Below, piece after piece: positions 55,447 through 64,000 of a stretch of DNA of 64,000 nt (position 1 is its first letter; each line of letters begins with the position of its first letter). This stretch comes from Candidatus Omnitrophota bacterium (GTDB taxonomy: Bacteria > Omnitrophota > Gorgyraeia > Zapsychrales > Zapsychraceae). The notes beneath the pieces are model-generated. The model did not search any database. It had not been told where the DNA came from and saw only the letters and a list, made by a program, of their open reading frames with translations. The position numbers and the translations under genes are program-made. The stretch is from contig JAJDCA010000044.1 in the NCBI GenBank assembly GCA_029261055.1, positions 141,867-205,866 on the forward strand, read 5' to 3'.

Positions 55447-57432
55447 ATGGAGAAAATAAAGAGCATGTCTAAATCAAATTATAAAAAATCAAATCCGCCT
55501 AACCCATCGAATTTCCAAGGATTTAAATACAAATCACCCAAAAAAGGCAATCCCAATAAAAAAGGTCCTGATCAAGCCAACAATAATTGGCTGCTCTGGC
55601 TAGGTATAGGGTTTATTTTCCTGATTTTCATGAGTCAATCAGAATCCGTCAATAATATGAAGACCGCCCAACCATTAACCTATAGTGAATTCTATTCTAT
55701 TCTAAAAACTAATAAAACAACCGGTATGATCCAACAATTAAAACTTGTTGAAAGTTCTGAAAACACCTTAACCGGAACTTTAAGTAATGGATCACAATTC
55801 ACCCTCAATATCCCCAAAAATGATGAAGGCATACTTGAAGCGATCCGAGAAAATGTAACTAATTTTTCTGTTGCACCTCCACAAATCTTCTGGAGTCAAA
55901 TATTTTTCTCTTTTGGCCCCATTGTTTTAATTTTTATGATTATCTGGTTTATCTCCCATAGAGGCAACCAAGTCGGTAATAAACTTTGGTCATTCGGTAA
56001 ATCTCGTGCCAAAATAAACAAAAAGGGGGAAACCTCTGTTACGTTTAAAAATGTCGCCGGTGTCGACGAGGCTAAAGAAGAACTTCAAGAAGTTATTGAA
56101 TTTCTTAAAGACCCTAAAAAATTTGAACGTCTCGGCGGAAAAATCCCTAAAGGTGTTTTGCTCATTGGACCACCGGGAACAGGAAAAACTCTTCTGGCTA
56201 AAGCAGTCGCCGGAGAAGCCGAAGTTCCATTTTTCTCTCTCAGTGGATCAGATTTTGTCGAAATGTTTGTCGGTGTTGGAGCATCCCGTGTCCGTGATTT
56301 ATTTGAACAAGGGCGCAAGGCCTCAACAACATCGGGAAAAGGAGCCATTATTTTTATCGACGAAATTGACGCTGTCGGTCGTCTGCGCTTTGCCGGTATT
56401 GGAGGGGGGAATGATGAACGTGAACAAACGCTCAATGCTTTACTTGTCGAAATGGATGGATTTAATGCGCATGGCGGTCTCATTTTGATTGCGGCCACTA
56501 ATCGACCGGACACTCTTGATCCGGCATTACTACGGCCAGGTCGATTTGACCGTCAGGTTGTCGTTGGTCTTCCGGATATTAATGGAAGGGAAGGCATTTT
56601 AAAAGTCCATGCTACCGATATTAAATTAGCTAAAAGCGTCGATTTACGAAAAGTAGCTCAGCAAACCGTTTATTTTTCCGGAGCTGATCTGGCTAATGTC
56701 TGTAATGAAGCGGCCCTATTAGCTGCACGCGCTGACAAAGAAGCTGTGGGACTTGAAGAATTTCTTGCGGCCGTAGAACGTGTCACCATGGGACCAGAGA
56801 AAAAAAGTAGAACGGTTTCCCGAAAAGAAAAAGAAATGACGGCTTATCATGAATCAGGGCATGCGCTTTTATCCTTACTTATCGACGAAGTGGATACATT
56901 TTCTAAAGTTTCTATAATTCCACGTGGTATGGCAGGGGGATATACTTTGACTCCGCCGACAGAAGATAAACATTATCAAAACAAAAAAGAACTTTTGGGC
57001 CAAATGGTTATTCTCTTAGGAGGCCTCATTGGTGAAGAACTTTTTACAGGGGATACATCTACCGGGGTATCGAATGATTTAGAACGCGTCACCCAAATTG
57101 CACGAAGTATGGTCTGTGTATTCGGAATGAGCGAAAAAATGGGAACATTGGCCTACGGCCAACGCGAACACAATAAATTTCTTGGCCGCGATCTTATGGA
57201 ACAAAAAGATTACAGCGAAGAAACATCAAAACAAATTGATGAAGAAGTTCGTCGTATCGTTAATGCATCAAAAGAACGCGCTAAAAGATTATTGACAGAA
57301 AATTATAATAAATTAGAACTGATGTCCAACCGTCTCATTGAAAAAGAAATTATGGGTATCGATGAAACCCGTGAACTATTAGGTATGCCCATCGAAACAC
57401 CTGAAACAAAGTCTGATGACAATAAATCATAA
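55447..57432 (+). CDS. ftsH: ATP-dependent zinc metalloprotease FtsH
   Basis: AAA+ Walker [19 protein letters not shown]; SRH; zinc motif HESGHAL; two N-terminal TM helices; an alternative start at 55465 has the better SD. Confidence 0.9.
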   Translation: MEKIKSMSKSNYKKSNPPNPSNFQGFKYKSPKKGNPNKKGPDQANNNWLLWLGIGFIFLIFMSQSESVNNMKTAQPLTYSEFYSILKTNKTTGMIQQLKLVESSENTLTGTLSNGSQFTLNIPKNDEGILEAIRENVTNFSVAPPQIFWSQIFFSFGPIVLIFMIIWFISHRGNQVGNKLWSFGKSRAKINKKGETSVTFKNVAGVDEAKEELQEVIEFLKDPKKFERLGGKIPKGVLLIGPPGTGKTLLAKAVAGEAEVPFFSLSGSDFVEMFVGVGASRVRDLFEQGRKASTTSGKGAIIFIDEIDAVGRLRFAGIGGGNDEREQTLNALLVEMDGFNAHGGLILIAATNRPDTLDPALLRPGRFDRQVVVGLPDINGREGILKVHATDIKLAKSVDLRKVAQQTVYFSGADLANVCNEAALLAARADKEAVGLEEFLAAVERVTMGPEKKSRTVSRKEKEMTAYHESGHALLSLLIDEVDTFSKVSIIPRGMAGGYTLTPPTEDKHYQNKKELLGQMVILLGGLIGEELFTGDTSTGVSNDLERVTQIARSMVCVFGMSEKMGTLAYGQREHNKFLGRDLMEQKDYSEETSKQIDEEVRRIVNASKERAKRLLTENYNKLELMSNRLIEKEIMGIDETRELLGMPIETPETKSDDNKS

Positions 57433-58288
57433 CACCCTCCGAAAAGAATACACAATTACGGCCGGGGAGCATCAAATTGTCTTAGGAAAACATACCCGTA
57501 TTATGGGCATTATTAATATCACCCCGGATTCATTCAGTGGGGATGGTTGTCTTAAAAAAAAACATAATACTATAGCTATGGCCAAGAAAATGATTCGTAA
57601 CGGGGCTGATATTTTAGATATTGGTGGTGAATCAAGTCGACCTGGGGCACACTCCATTTCATCTCAGGAAGAAATCAAACGCATTATTCCAACGGTTACA
57701 GCCCTGGCAAAAAGCACTAAAACCCCTATTTCTGTGGACACATATAAAACAACCGTTGCTATGCGCGCTTTAGATGCTGGGGCAACAATCATCAATACTA
57801 TTAAAGGAACAAACCCATCCAAAAGCCTTTTAAAAATGGTCAAAAAATATAAAGCAGCGATTGTATTAATGCATATGCGCGGTATCCCGACAACCATGCA
57901 AAAAAAAATTTCGTATAAAAATGTCATCAAAGAAATCATTTCTTCGTTACACCTATCGATCAAAAACTGTTTAGACGTCGGTATTCCATCCAACCAAATC
58001 ATTATTGATCCAGGCATAGGATTTGGAAAAACAGTCGAACATAATTTCGAAATTATTAATCATTTAGAAATATTTCAAAAGTTAAAAAAACCTATTTTAT
58101 TGGGCGTTTCACGAAAATCTTTTATTGGAGAAGTTCTCAACAAAAATGTTGCAGATCGTCTCATAGGGACTGTAGCTTCTGTTTGTGCCGGCATCATGCA
58201 TGGGGCTCACATCGTTCGTGTCCATGATATTACACCCATCAAGGAAGCCGCCACAATGACCGATGCTATTGTAAGAGGGACACTATGA
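57416..58288 (+). CDS. folP: Dihydropteroate synthase
   Basis: MGIINITPDSFSGDG and DIGGESSRPGA pterin-binding motifs. Confidence 0.9.
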   Translation: MTINHNTLRKEYTITAGEHQIVLGKHTRIMGIINITPDSFSGDGCLKKKHNTIAMAKKMIRNGADILDIGGESSRPGAHSISSQEEIKRIIPTVTALAKSTKTPISVDTYKTTVAMRALDAGATIINTIKGTNPSKSLLKMVKKYKAAIVLMHMRGIPTTMQKKISYKNVIKEIISSLHLSIKNCLDVGIPSNQIIIDPGIGFGKTVEHNFEIINHLEIFQKLKKPILLGVSRKSFIGEVLNKNVADRLIGTVASVCAGIMHGAHIVRVHDITPIKEAATMTDAIVRGTL

Positions 58289-59055
58289 CTTTCTTTATCT
58301 GGGACAAAATTACACCGATACTTGAAATCACCATCCTATGGACCGTGATTTACCAAATCTTAATATTCTTTCAAGGAACACGGGCGTTCCAGGTTTTAAA
58401 AGGGATTTCGTATCTTATTATTGCCTATGTAGTTTCACTCATTCTCGGATTTGATACGCTCAATTGGCTACTGACGAAATTTTTTGCGATTTCAATTATT
58501 GCGCTTATGATCATATTTCAACAAGAACTCCGCCATGGACTAGCTCGCCTTGGCCAGCAGCATTTGTTTAATATTGATTTGGAAGAATCGGAAATCATGA
58601 TTATTATTGAAGAAATGACCTCCGCTGTGTATAAAGCTTCCCGACAGAAAATAGGAGCCCTTATTGCCTTAGAACGTGAAACAAAGCTCCGAACATATAT
58701 TGAAAGTGGCGTTCAAATTGATGCCAAAATTTCGGCTGAACTTATTCTTAGTATTTTTTCTCCACAATCACCTCTTCATGACGGGGGCATCATTGCCCGA
58801 GGGGATAAACTTGTAGCCGCTTCCTGTCTTTTTCCTCTTTCAGAAAACCCTAATTTTAGCAAAATTATCGGTACACGTCATCGTGCCGCACTAGGTATCA
58901 CTGAACAGACAGACTCTGTTGTGATTATGGTTTCTGAAGAAACGGGAGATATTTCCGTTGCCTCAGATGGAAAATTTATCCCTATTGCTAATAGAGAACG
59001 CTTGGTTAACATTCTCAAAGATTTACTCGTAGTTGAAACAAAGAAAAAAACATAA
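58285..59055 (+). CDS. cdaA: Diadenylate cyclase CdaA (three TM helices plus DAC domain)
   Basis: DAC-domain motifs PLHDGGIIARGDK ... GTRHRAALGITEQTDSVVIMVSEETGDIS. Confidence 0.85.
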   Translation: MTFFIWDKITPILEITILWTVIYQILIFFQGTRAFQVLKGISYLIIAYVVSLILGFDTLNWLLTKFFAISIIALMIIFQQELRHGLARLGQQHLFNIDLEESEIMIIIEEMTSAVYKASRQKIGALIALERETKLRTYIESGVQIDAKISAELILSIFSPQSPLHDGGIIARGDKLVAASCLFPLSENPNFSKIIGTRHRAALGITEQTDSVVIMVSEETGDISVASDGKFIPIANRERLVNILKDLLVVETKKKT

Positions 59056-59059
59056 AATT

Positions 59060-59164
59060 ATGAAAGAAATTATCACACACAACTTATTTCTAAAATTAAT
59101 CGCCTTAATGCTCGCTGTTATGACATGGTATTGGATTCATAATAGTGGCGTATTGATTAAATAA
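59060..59164 (+). CDS. 34-aa single-TM peptide, possibly a remnant of the CdaR (YbbR) N terminus
   Basis: MKEIITHNLFLKLIALMLAVMTWYWIHNSGVLIK resembles the CdaR N-terminal anchor (about MDKFLNNRWAVKIIALLFALLLYVA, from memory); sits where cdaR normally is. Confidence 0.25.
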   Translation: MKEIITHNLFLKLIALMLAVMTWYWIHNSGVLIK

Positions 59165-59188
59165 GAAATCAGCTAAAAAACCACTCTC

Positions 59189-59902
59189 ATGGCAAAACTC
59201 GGTGTTAATATTGACCACGTGGCGACTCTTCGCCAAGCAAGAAGGGAAGATGACCCAGATCCCATACTGGCAGCCCAAATCGCTGAAGAGGCTGGTGCGG
59301 ATAGTATTGTTGCACATCTACGAGAAGACCGTCGTCACATCCAAGATAAGGATATTCGTACCCTTCGTAAAACAGTTAAGACACGTCTTAACCTTGAAAT
59401 GTCTCTCCATAAAGAAATTGTCGAAATTGCCGCACGTATCCGTCCCTATCAAGCTACTCTTGTTCCTGAAAAACGTGAAGAAATCACCACTGAGGGGGGA
59501 TTAGATGTTGTTCGTCATTTTCACAAAATCAAGAATGCAGGGGACATATTAAAGAAAAAAGGTATTGAGGTAAGCTTATTTATTGATCCCGTCAAAAAAC
59601 AAATTGATAAAACAAAAGAAGCCGGCATCCATATTATTGAATTACACACAGGAAAATATGACCGTGTTAAAACAAAATTAGCCCAGGCCAAAGAACTTGA
59701 AAAACTCAAAGCGATGACAAAATACGCGCAAAGTAAAGGCATTCTCGTTAATGCTGGCCACGGATTGAAATACCACAACACCAAAGCCATTGCACGTATC
59801 AAAGGTATGGAAGAACTTAATATTGGCCATTCCATTATCGCACGCGCAGTTTTTGTAGGACTCAAAAAAGCCATTGAAGAAATGGTTGAAATCGTCAGAT
59901 GA
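59189..59902 (+). CDS. pdxJ: Pyridoxine 5'-phosphate synthase
   Basis: MAKLGVNIDHVATLRQARREDDPDP ... AGADSIVAHLREDRRHI, the canonical PdxJ N terminus. Confidence 0.9.
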   Translation: MAKLGVNIDHVATLRQARREDDPDPILAAQIAEEAGADSIVAHLREDRRHIQDKDIRTLRKTVKTRLNLEMSLHKEIVEIAARIRPYQATLVPEKREEITTEGGLDVVRHFHKIKNAGDILKKKGIEVSLFIDPVKKQIDKTKEAGIHIIELHTGKYDRVKTKLAQAKELEKLKAMTKYAQSKGILVNAGHGLKYHNTKAIARIKGMEELNIGHSIIARAVFVGLKKAIEEMVEIVR

Positions 59903-60249
59903 TTTTAGGCACAGGCATTGACATCATAGAAGTTGATCGCATTCAAAAGGCAATTGAGCGTTGGGGCAAAAATTTTTTAAATCATGTTTTTACCCCGGAA
60001 GAAATAAAATTTGCACAGAAGTTTAAATTTCCATACCAATATTATGCGGCCCGCTTTGCTGCTAAAGAAGCCATTTACAAAGCCATCAGTAATAACCCTA
60101 AACTTGGATGGAAAGATATGACCATATTAAATGATAAAAATGGCAAACCGTATTGTGTACTCAAAGATAAACAATTTAAAAATAAAATTGAACTCTCACT
60201 TTCACATACCCATAATTACGCCGTAGCCAGTGCCATCGTGATGGAATAA
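59899..60249 (+). CDS. acpS: Holo-[acyl-carrier-protein] synthase
   Basis: ILGTGIDIIEVDRI ... FAAKEAIYKA. Confidence 0.85.
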   Translation: MILGTGIDIIEVDRIQKAIERWGKNFLNHVFTPEEIKFAQKFKFPYQYYAARFAAKEAIYKAISNNPKLGWKDMTILNDKNGKPYCVLKDKQFKNKIELSLSHTHNYAVASAIVME

Positions 60250-60251
60250 TC

Positions 60252-61106
60252 ATGAAACTACCCTCTGCATTATCCCGCCGAAAACTCAATGTTCACAAAA
60301 ATCAATTTGGTCATGTTTTGATATTAGCCGGTTCACAGCGTTATCTTGGGGCCGCGGCCTTGTGTGGATTATCCGCCATGCGTTCTGGTGCAGGACTTGT
60401 TACGGTTGGTGTGCCCAAAAGTCTGAATATAACAGCACAAAAGAAAATGGTCCATGTGCTAATGACGTGGCCGCTTCAGGAAACTAAAGAAGGGACCTTA
60501 GCCTCAAGCGCTTTTCGACACATTAAAGAGGCCTATGCCTCTTACAATGTTATTGCCCTTGGACCAGGATTATCCCAAAATCCAAGCACCCAAAGGCTTA
60601 TTCTCAAAATTATTGCCACATCGCCAATCCCCTTGGTTATTGATGCTGATGCCCTTAATGCCTTAGCTCAAAACTTGGATATTTTGAAAAAAACGTCTAC
60701 TCCAAAAATTCTAACCCCACATCCAGGCGAAATGGCACGATTGTTGAACTGTCCAAAAACAAATATTGAAAAAAATAGGGAACACCTTGCACTTACTTTT
60801 GCACAAAAACATTCCTGTACACTGTTACTAAAAGGCCATAAAACCGTAGTAGCCTCTCCGGGCCATAAAACATACATCAACACAACCGGTAACCCCGGCA
60901 TGGCCACAGCCGGTAGCGGCGATGTTTTAACCGGCATGATTGCTGCTTTCCTTGCCCAAGGGCTTTCCAGCTTTGACGCTGCTAAATACGGCGCTTATCT
61001 TCATGGGTTGGCTGGGGATCTAGCTGCCAAAAATAAACCCCCTATTTCAATGATCGCAACAGATCTTATTGATGCTATTTCTAAAACTATAAAAAATGCA
61101 AAATAA
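60252..61106 (+). CDS. ADP-dependent NAD(P)H-hydrate dehydratase (YjeF C-terminal domain), standalone
   Basis: [17 protein letters not shown] motif; carbohydrate-kinase fold. Confidence 0.85.
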   Translation: MKLPSALSRRKLNVHKNQFGHVLILAGSQRYLGAAALCGLSAMRSGAGLVTVGVPKSLNITAQKKMVHVLMTWPLQETKEGTLASSAFRHIKEAYASYNVIALGPGLSQNPSTQRLILKIIATSPIPLVIDADALNALAQNLDILKKTSTPKILTPHPGEMARLLNCPKTNIEKNREHLALTFAQKHSCTLLLKGHKTVVASPGHKTYINTTGNPGMATAGSGDVLTGMIAAFLAQGLSSFDAAKYGAYLHGLAGDLAAKNKPPISMIATDLIDAISKTIKNAK

Positions 61107-61737
61107 AAAAAATAATAAATTAATTCCTCCTAATGAAGAAAAACGTATCCTTATGCACTCTTGCTGTGCGCCATGTTCTGGAGGCATTATGGAATCCATG
61201 CTGGATGCCAAAATTAATTTTACAATATTTTTTTACAACCCCAATATTCACCCTCAAGATGAATATCTTATTCGAAAAAATGAAAATAAGAGATTCGCAC
61301 AAAAAATGAATATTCCCTTTATCGATGCCGATTATGATTCAAATACTTGGTTTAAACGTGCCAAAGGCTTGGAATTAGAACCGGAACGAGGGAAACGCTG
61401 TACGATGTGTTTTGACATGCGTTTTGAACGAACCGCCTTATATGCGTATGAACACGGATTTAAAACCATCACAAGTAGCTTAGGCATTTCCCGTTGGAAA
61501 GATCTCACGCAAGTCACAGAATGTGGCATGCGCGCTGCCAGCCGCTATCCAAACCTCGTATATTGGACCTACAATTGGCGTAAGGGTGGTGGCTCGCAAC
61601 GCATGTATGAACTCGCAAAACAGGAAGAATTCTACAAACAAGAATATTGTGGTTGCTCGTATTCTCTGCGAGATACAAACACTTGGCGCAAAGAAAAAGG
61701 CTTGCCTAAGCTTGAGAGGGGTGTAAATTTTTATTAA
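61096..61737 (+). CDS. queH: Epoxyqueuosine reductase QueH (DUF208)
   Basis: [11 protein letters not shown] hallmark plus downstream conserved Cys residues. Confidence 0.7.
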   Translation: MQNKKNNKLIPPNEEKRILMHSCCAPCSGGIMESMLDAKINFTIFFYNPNIHPQDEYLIRKNENKRFAQKMNIPFIDADYDSNTWFKRAKGLELEPERGKRCTMCFDMRFERTALYAYEHGFKTITSSLGISRWKDLTQVTECGMRAASRYPNLVYWTYNWRKGGGSQRMYELAKQEEFYKQEYCGCSYSLRDTNTWRKEKGLPKLERGVNFY

Positions 61738-61812
61738 TTCTACCGGAAATTTGATGTATAGATATGTTATACTTACCAATGAGTTAAGAATTACACAATA
61801 AACCAAAAAATT

Positions 61813-62769
61813 ATGAAACTAATCATCCAAATCCCATGCCTTAACGAAGAAGAAAGCTTGCCAAAGACCTTGGCAGATCTGCCTAAATCTATTGACGGTA
61901 TTGACAAAATTGAGATTTTAATTATTGATGATGGCAGCACCGATAGAACCTCAGAAGTGGCCCGCTCCCATGGCGTTGATCATATTGTACGATTAACAAA
62001 AAGAAAGGGTCTTGCCAAAGTTTTTCAAACAGGGGTCGATGCCGCTTTAAAAAAAGGGGCCGACATTATCGTCAATACCGATGCGGATGGACAATACAAG
62101 GGAAAAGATATTCCCCGGCTTGTACAACCTATTATTGAAGGCAAGGCAGATATTGTCATCGGCAACCGGGATATTGAAAACGTTAAACAATTTTCATGGT
62201 TAAAAAAACGTTTACAACGCCTGGGAAGCTGGGTCGTTCGACAACTAGCCGGATCAAATATTACCGATGCGACAACTGGATTCCGGGCCTACAATCGTGA
62301 AGCTGCGTTACGCCTAAATATTATCTCAGAATACACCTACACTTTAGAAAGTATTATCCAAGCAGAACATAAAAGTTTAGCTATCGGCAATATCACCATT
62401 TCAACAAACAGGGTGGATCGAAAGTCTCGATTATTTAAAAATATTCCCGAATATATCAAACGCTCGCTGATGACCATGATCCGTGTTTATTCAATGTTCA
62501 ATCCTTTAAGATTATTCCTTACCACTGGCGCCGGAATGATTTGTATTGGAACCTTGATTGGATGCCGATTTTTGTTTTATTACATGCTAAATCAAGGAGG
62601 CGGACACATTCAGTCATTAATCCTTGCTGCTGTTTTTATGATTATTGGATTTCAATTACTCATTGTGGGACTTATCTCAGATCTTATTTCCGCTAATCGT
62701 AGACTTATCGAAGATGCCCTTTTACGCGTGAAAAAAATAGAATTAAAAATCCGAGATGGATTGAAGTAA
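61813..62769 (+). CDS. GT2-family polyprenyl-phosphate glycosyltransferase (DPM1/ArnC/GtrB-like) with two C-terminal TM helices
   Basis: IQIPCLNEEES ... IIDDGSTD ... DADGQ (DxD) motifs. Confidence 0.7.
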   Translation: MKLIIQIPCLNEEESLPKTLADLPKSIDGIDKIEILIIDDGSTDRTSEVARSHGVDHIVRLTKRKGLAKVFQTGVDAALKKGADIIVNTDADGQYKGKDIPRLVQPIIEGKADIVIGNRDIENVKQFSWLKKRLQRLGSWVVRQLAGSNITDATTGFRAYNREAALRLNIISEYTYTLESIIQAEHKSLAIGNITISTNRVDRKSRLFKNIPEYIKRSLMTMIRVYSMFNPLRLFLTTGAGMICIGTLIGCRFLFYYMLNQGGGHIQSLILAAVFMIIGFQLLIVGLISDLISANRRLIEDALLRVKKIELKIRDGLK

Positions 62770-62773
62770 AAGA

Positions 62774-63988
62774 ATGAACATTCTCTTTCTCACATCAACA
62801 TTTCCCCGTTTTAATAATGACAGCCAGGCCCCATTTGTTTTAGAACAAGCCCAAGCATGGCAAAAACATAGACCTGAGGACAAAGTTTTCATTTTGGCCC
62901 CGCATGACCCACAAGCAAAAAAAAATGAACAACTTGATGGTATTCAAATTTATCGCTTCCAGTATTGGTGGCCGGCTAAACTTCAAATTTTAGCCTATCC
63001 GGCAATTCTTCCGAATCTCAAGAAAAACCCTATTTCAATTCTCCAATTACCATTCTTTTTACTATCAGAATTCTTCGCTGCTTTAAAACTCATTAAAAAA
63101 CATAAAATCAATTTATTGTATGCTCATTGGGTTATGCCTCAAGGATTAATAGCTTATGTGACGAAAAAAATAAATGGAACCCCTTACGCATTGCAAAATC
63201 ATTCTTCCGATTTAAGAATTTTTAATAAACTTCCAATTTTTGGTAAATTTCTAGCACGCAAAATTATTAAAAGCTCTCAAAAACTTTTTTGTGTTAATTC
63301 ACTTCTAAAGAAGGAAGCCTTAGAATTCTTTAATAACGCGGATCAAACTGCTATAAATGACAAAATTTCTGTTTTACCAATGGGAGTGAATTATTCATCT
63401 ATTTACAATCCATCTCCAACAAAACATCACAAATATACCTTTGGCTTTATCGGTAGGCTAAGCAAAAAAAAAGGTATTAATTTCTTTATTCAGGCATTAC
63501 AAAAATTAAAACAAGAGGGGGCATCTTTTAGTTCTGTGATAGCTGGAGATGGGGAAGAAAAAAATAATTTACTACAATTATCTAAAAATATGCCCGTTGA
63601 ATTTACCGGTTTTGTTTCAAAAGAAAAAAAGAAAGATTTCTTTGATCAGACAAAATTTATCATTTTCCCTTCATATGCAACAGGCGGTGATATTGAAGGC
63701 CTCCCCGTAGCTTTACTTGAAGCTCTATCTCTTGGAAAAATTGTGATTGCCACTGACGCCACGAACATTAAACTTTTGCCTGAATGGCCCCACATTAAAG
63801 ATGCTATTTTCATACTAAATAACCCCGAAAATATCCAAGAATTTACACAACTATTACATAAACTGCTAGACTTACAAAATGACTTTATCGAAACACAAAG
63901 TAACAACCTAAAAGAAATTGTCAAAAAATATCAATGGGATAATTTAATCAAAGAATATAATGTATTTTTTACTAAAAAAATTTCGTAG
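62774..63988 (+). CDS. GT4-family glycosyltransferase
   Basis: FIGRLSKKKGI ... EG.P...LEALS.G GT-B C-terminal domain motifs. Confidence 0.65.
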   Translation: MNILFLTSTFPRFNNDSQAPFVLEQAQAWQKHRPEDKVFILAPHDPQAKKNEQLDGIQIYRFQYWWPAKLQILAYPAILPNLKKNPISILQLPFFLLSEFFAALKLIKKHKINLLYAHWVMPQGLIAYVTKKINGTPYALQNHSSDLRIFNKLPIFGKFLARKIIKSSQKLFCVNSLLKKEALEFFNNADQTAINDKISVLPMGVNYSSIYNPSPTKHHKYTFGFIGRLSKKKGINFFIQALQKLKQEGASFSSVIAGDGEEKNNLLQLSKNMPVEFTGFVSKEKKKDFFDQTKFIIFPSYATGGDIEGLPVALLEALSLGKIVIATDATNIKLLPEWPHIKDAIFILNNPENIQEFTQLLHKLLDLQNDFIETQSNNLKEIVKKYQWDNLIKEYNVFFTKKIS

Positions 63989-64000
63989 TTTTTTTCATTG

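Noticed and set aside
1-64000. CRISPR arrays, integrases, transposases, phage structural genes and rRNA
   Set aside because: No short direct repeat-spacer arrays, and no recombinase or transposase motifs in any ORF. The only mobile-element-like signals are the small REP/MITE-like repeats and the TA islet

Overview
AT-rich bacterial chromosomal segment with very strong gene co-orientation: all but one of the roughly 60 coding genes read on the + strand. It looks like a didermic (Gram-negative-type) organism, because it carries heptose epimerase hldD, an LptC-like gene, OM beta-barrel-like proteins and lipoproteins. Start codons include TTG, and many adjacent genes overlap by 4-8 nt, which suggests operons. 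Most genes are housekeeping: a PtsI-like C-terminal fragment, HIT, Tex, MscS, hldD, pabB/pabC, Lrp plus aminotransferase, YjbQ, Era, Nth, rpsU, purH, folC, mnmE, mrp, tRNA-CAU, tilS, ftsH, folP, cdaA, pdxJ, acpS, the two halves of NAD(P)H-hydrate repair, queH and GT2/GT4 glycosyltransferases. Accessory content worth attention: (1) a five-gene cluster of secreted proteins at 8.5-14.7 kb that looks like a divergent chaperone-usher-type pilus system, with a PapD-like chaperone, an usher-like OM protein carrying a secretin-type N domain and Cna-B-like C-terminal domains, and pilin-like subunits including an oppositely oriented paralogue; (2) a soluble MgtE-N/CBS sensor protein next to an NRAMP-family transporter whose metal-site residues match the Mg-transporting NRMT pattern; (3) two toxin-antitoxin modules flanking mrp, where the RES/Xre module lies between 53-bp direct repeats that duplicate the 3' coding end of mrp; (4) a dispersed family of palindromic REP/MITE-like intergenic repeats with at least five copies; (5) a second conserved ~85-nt structured intergenic element in two copies; (6) a bacterial SET-domain protein; (7) a large secreted clan GH-A glycosidase with three ~245-aa tandem repeats. 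No CRISPR array, integrase, transposase or rRNA gene was seen.
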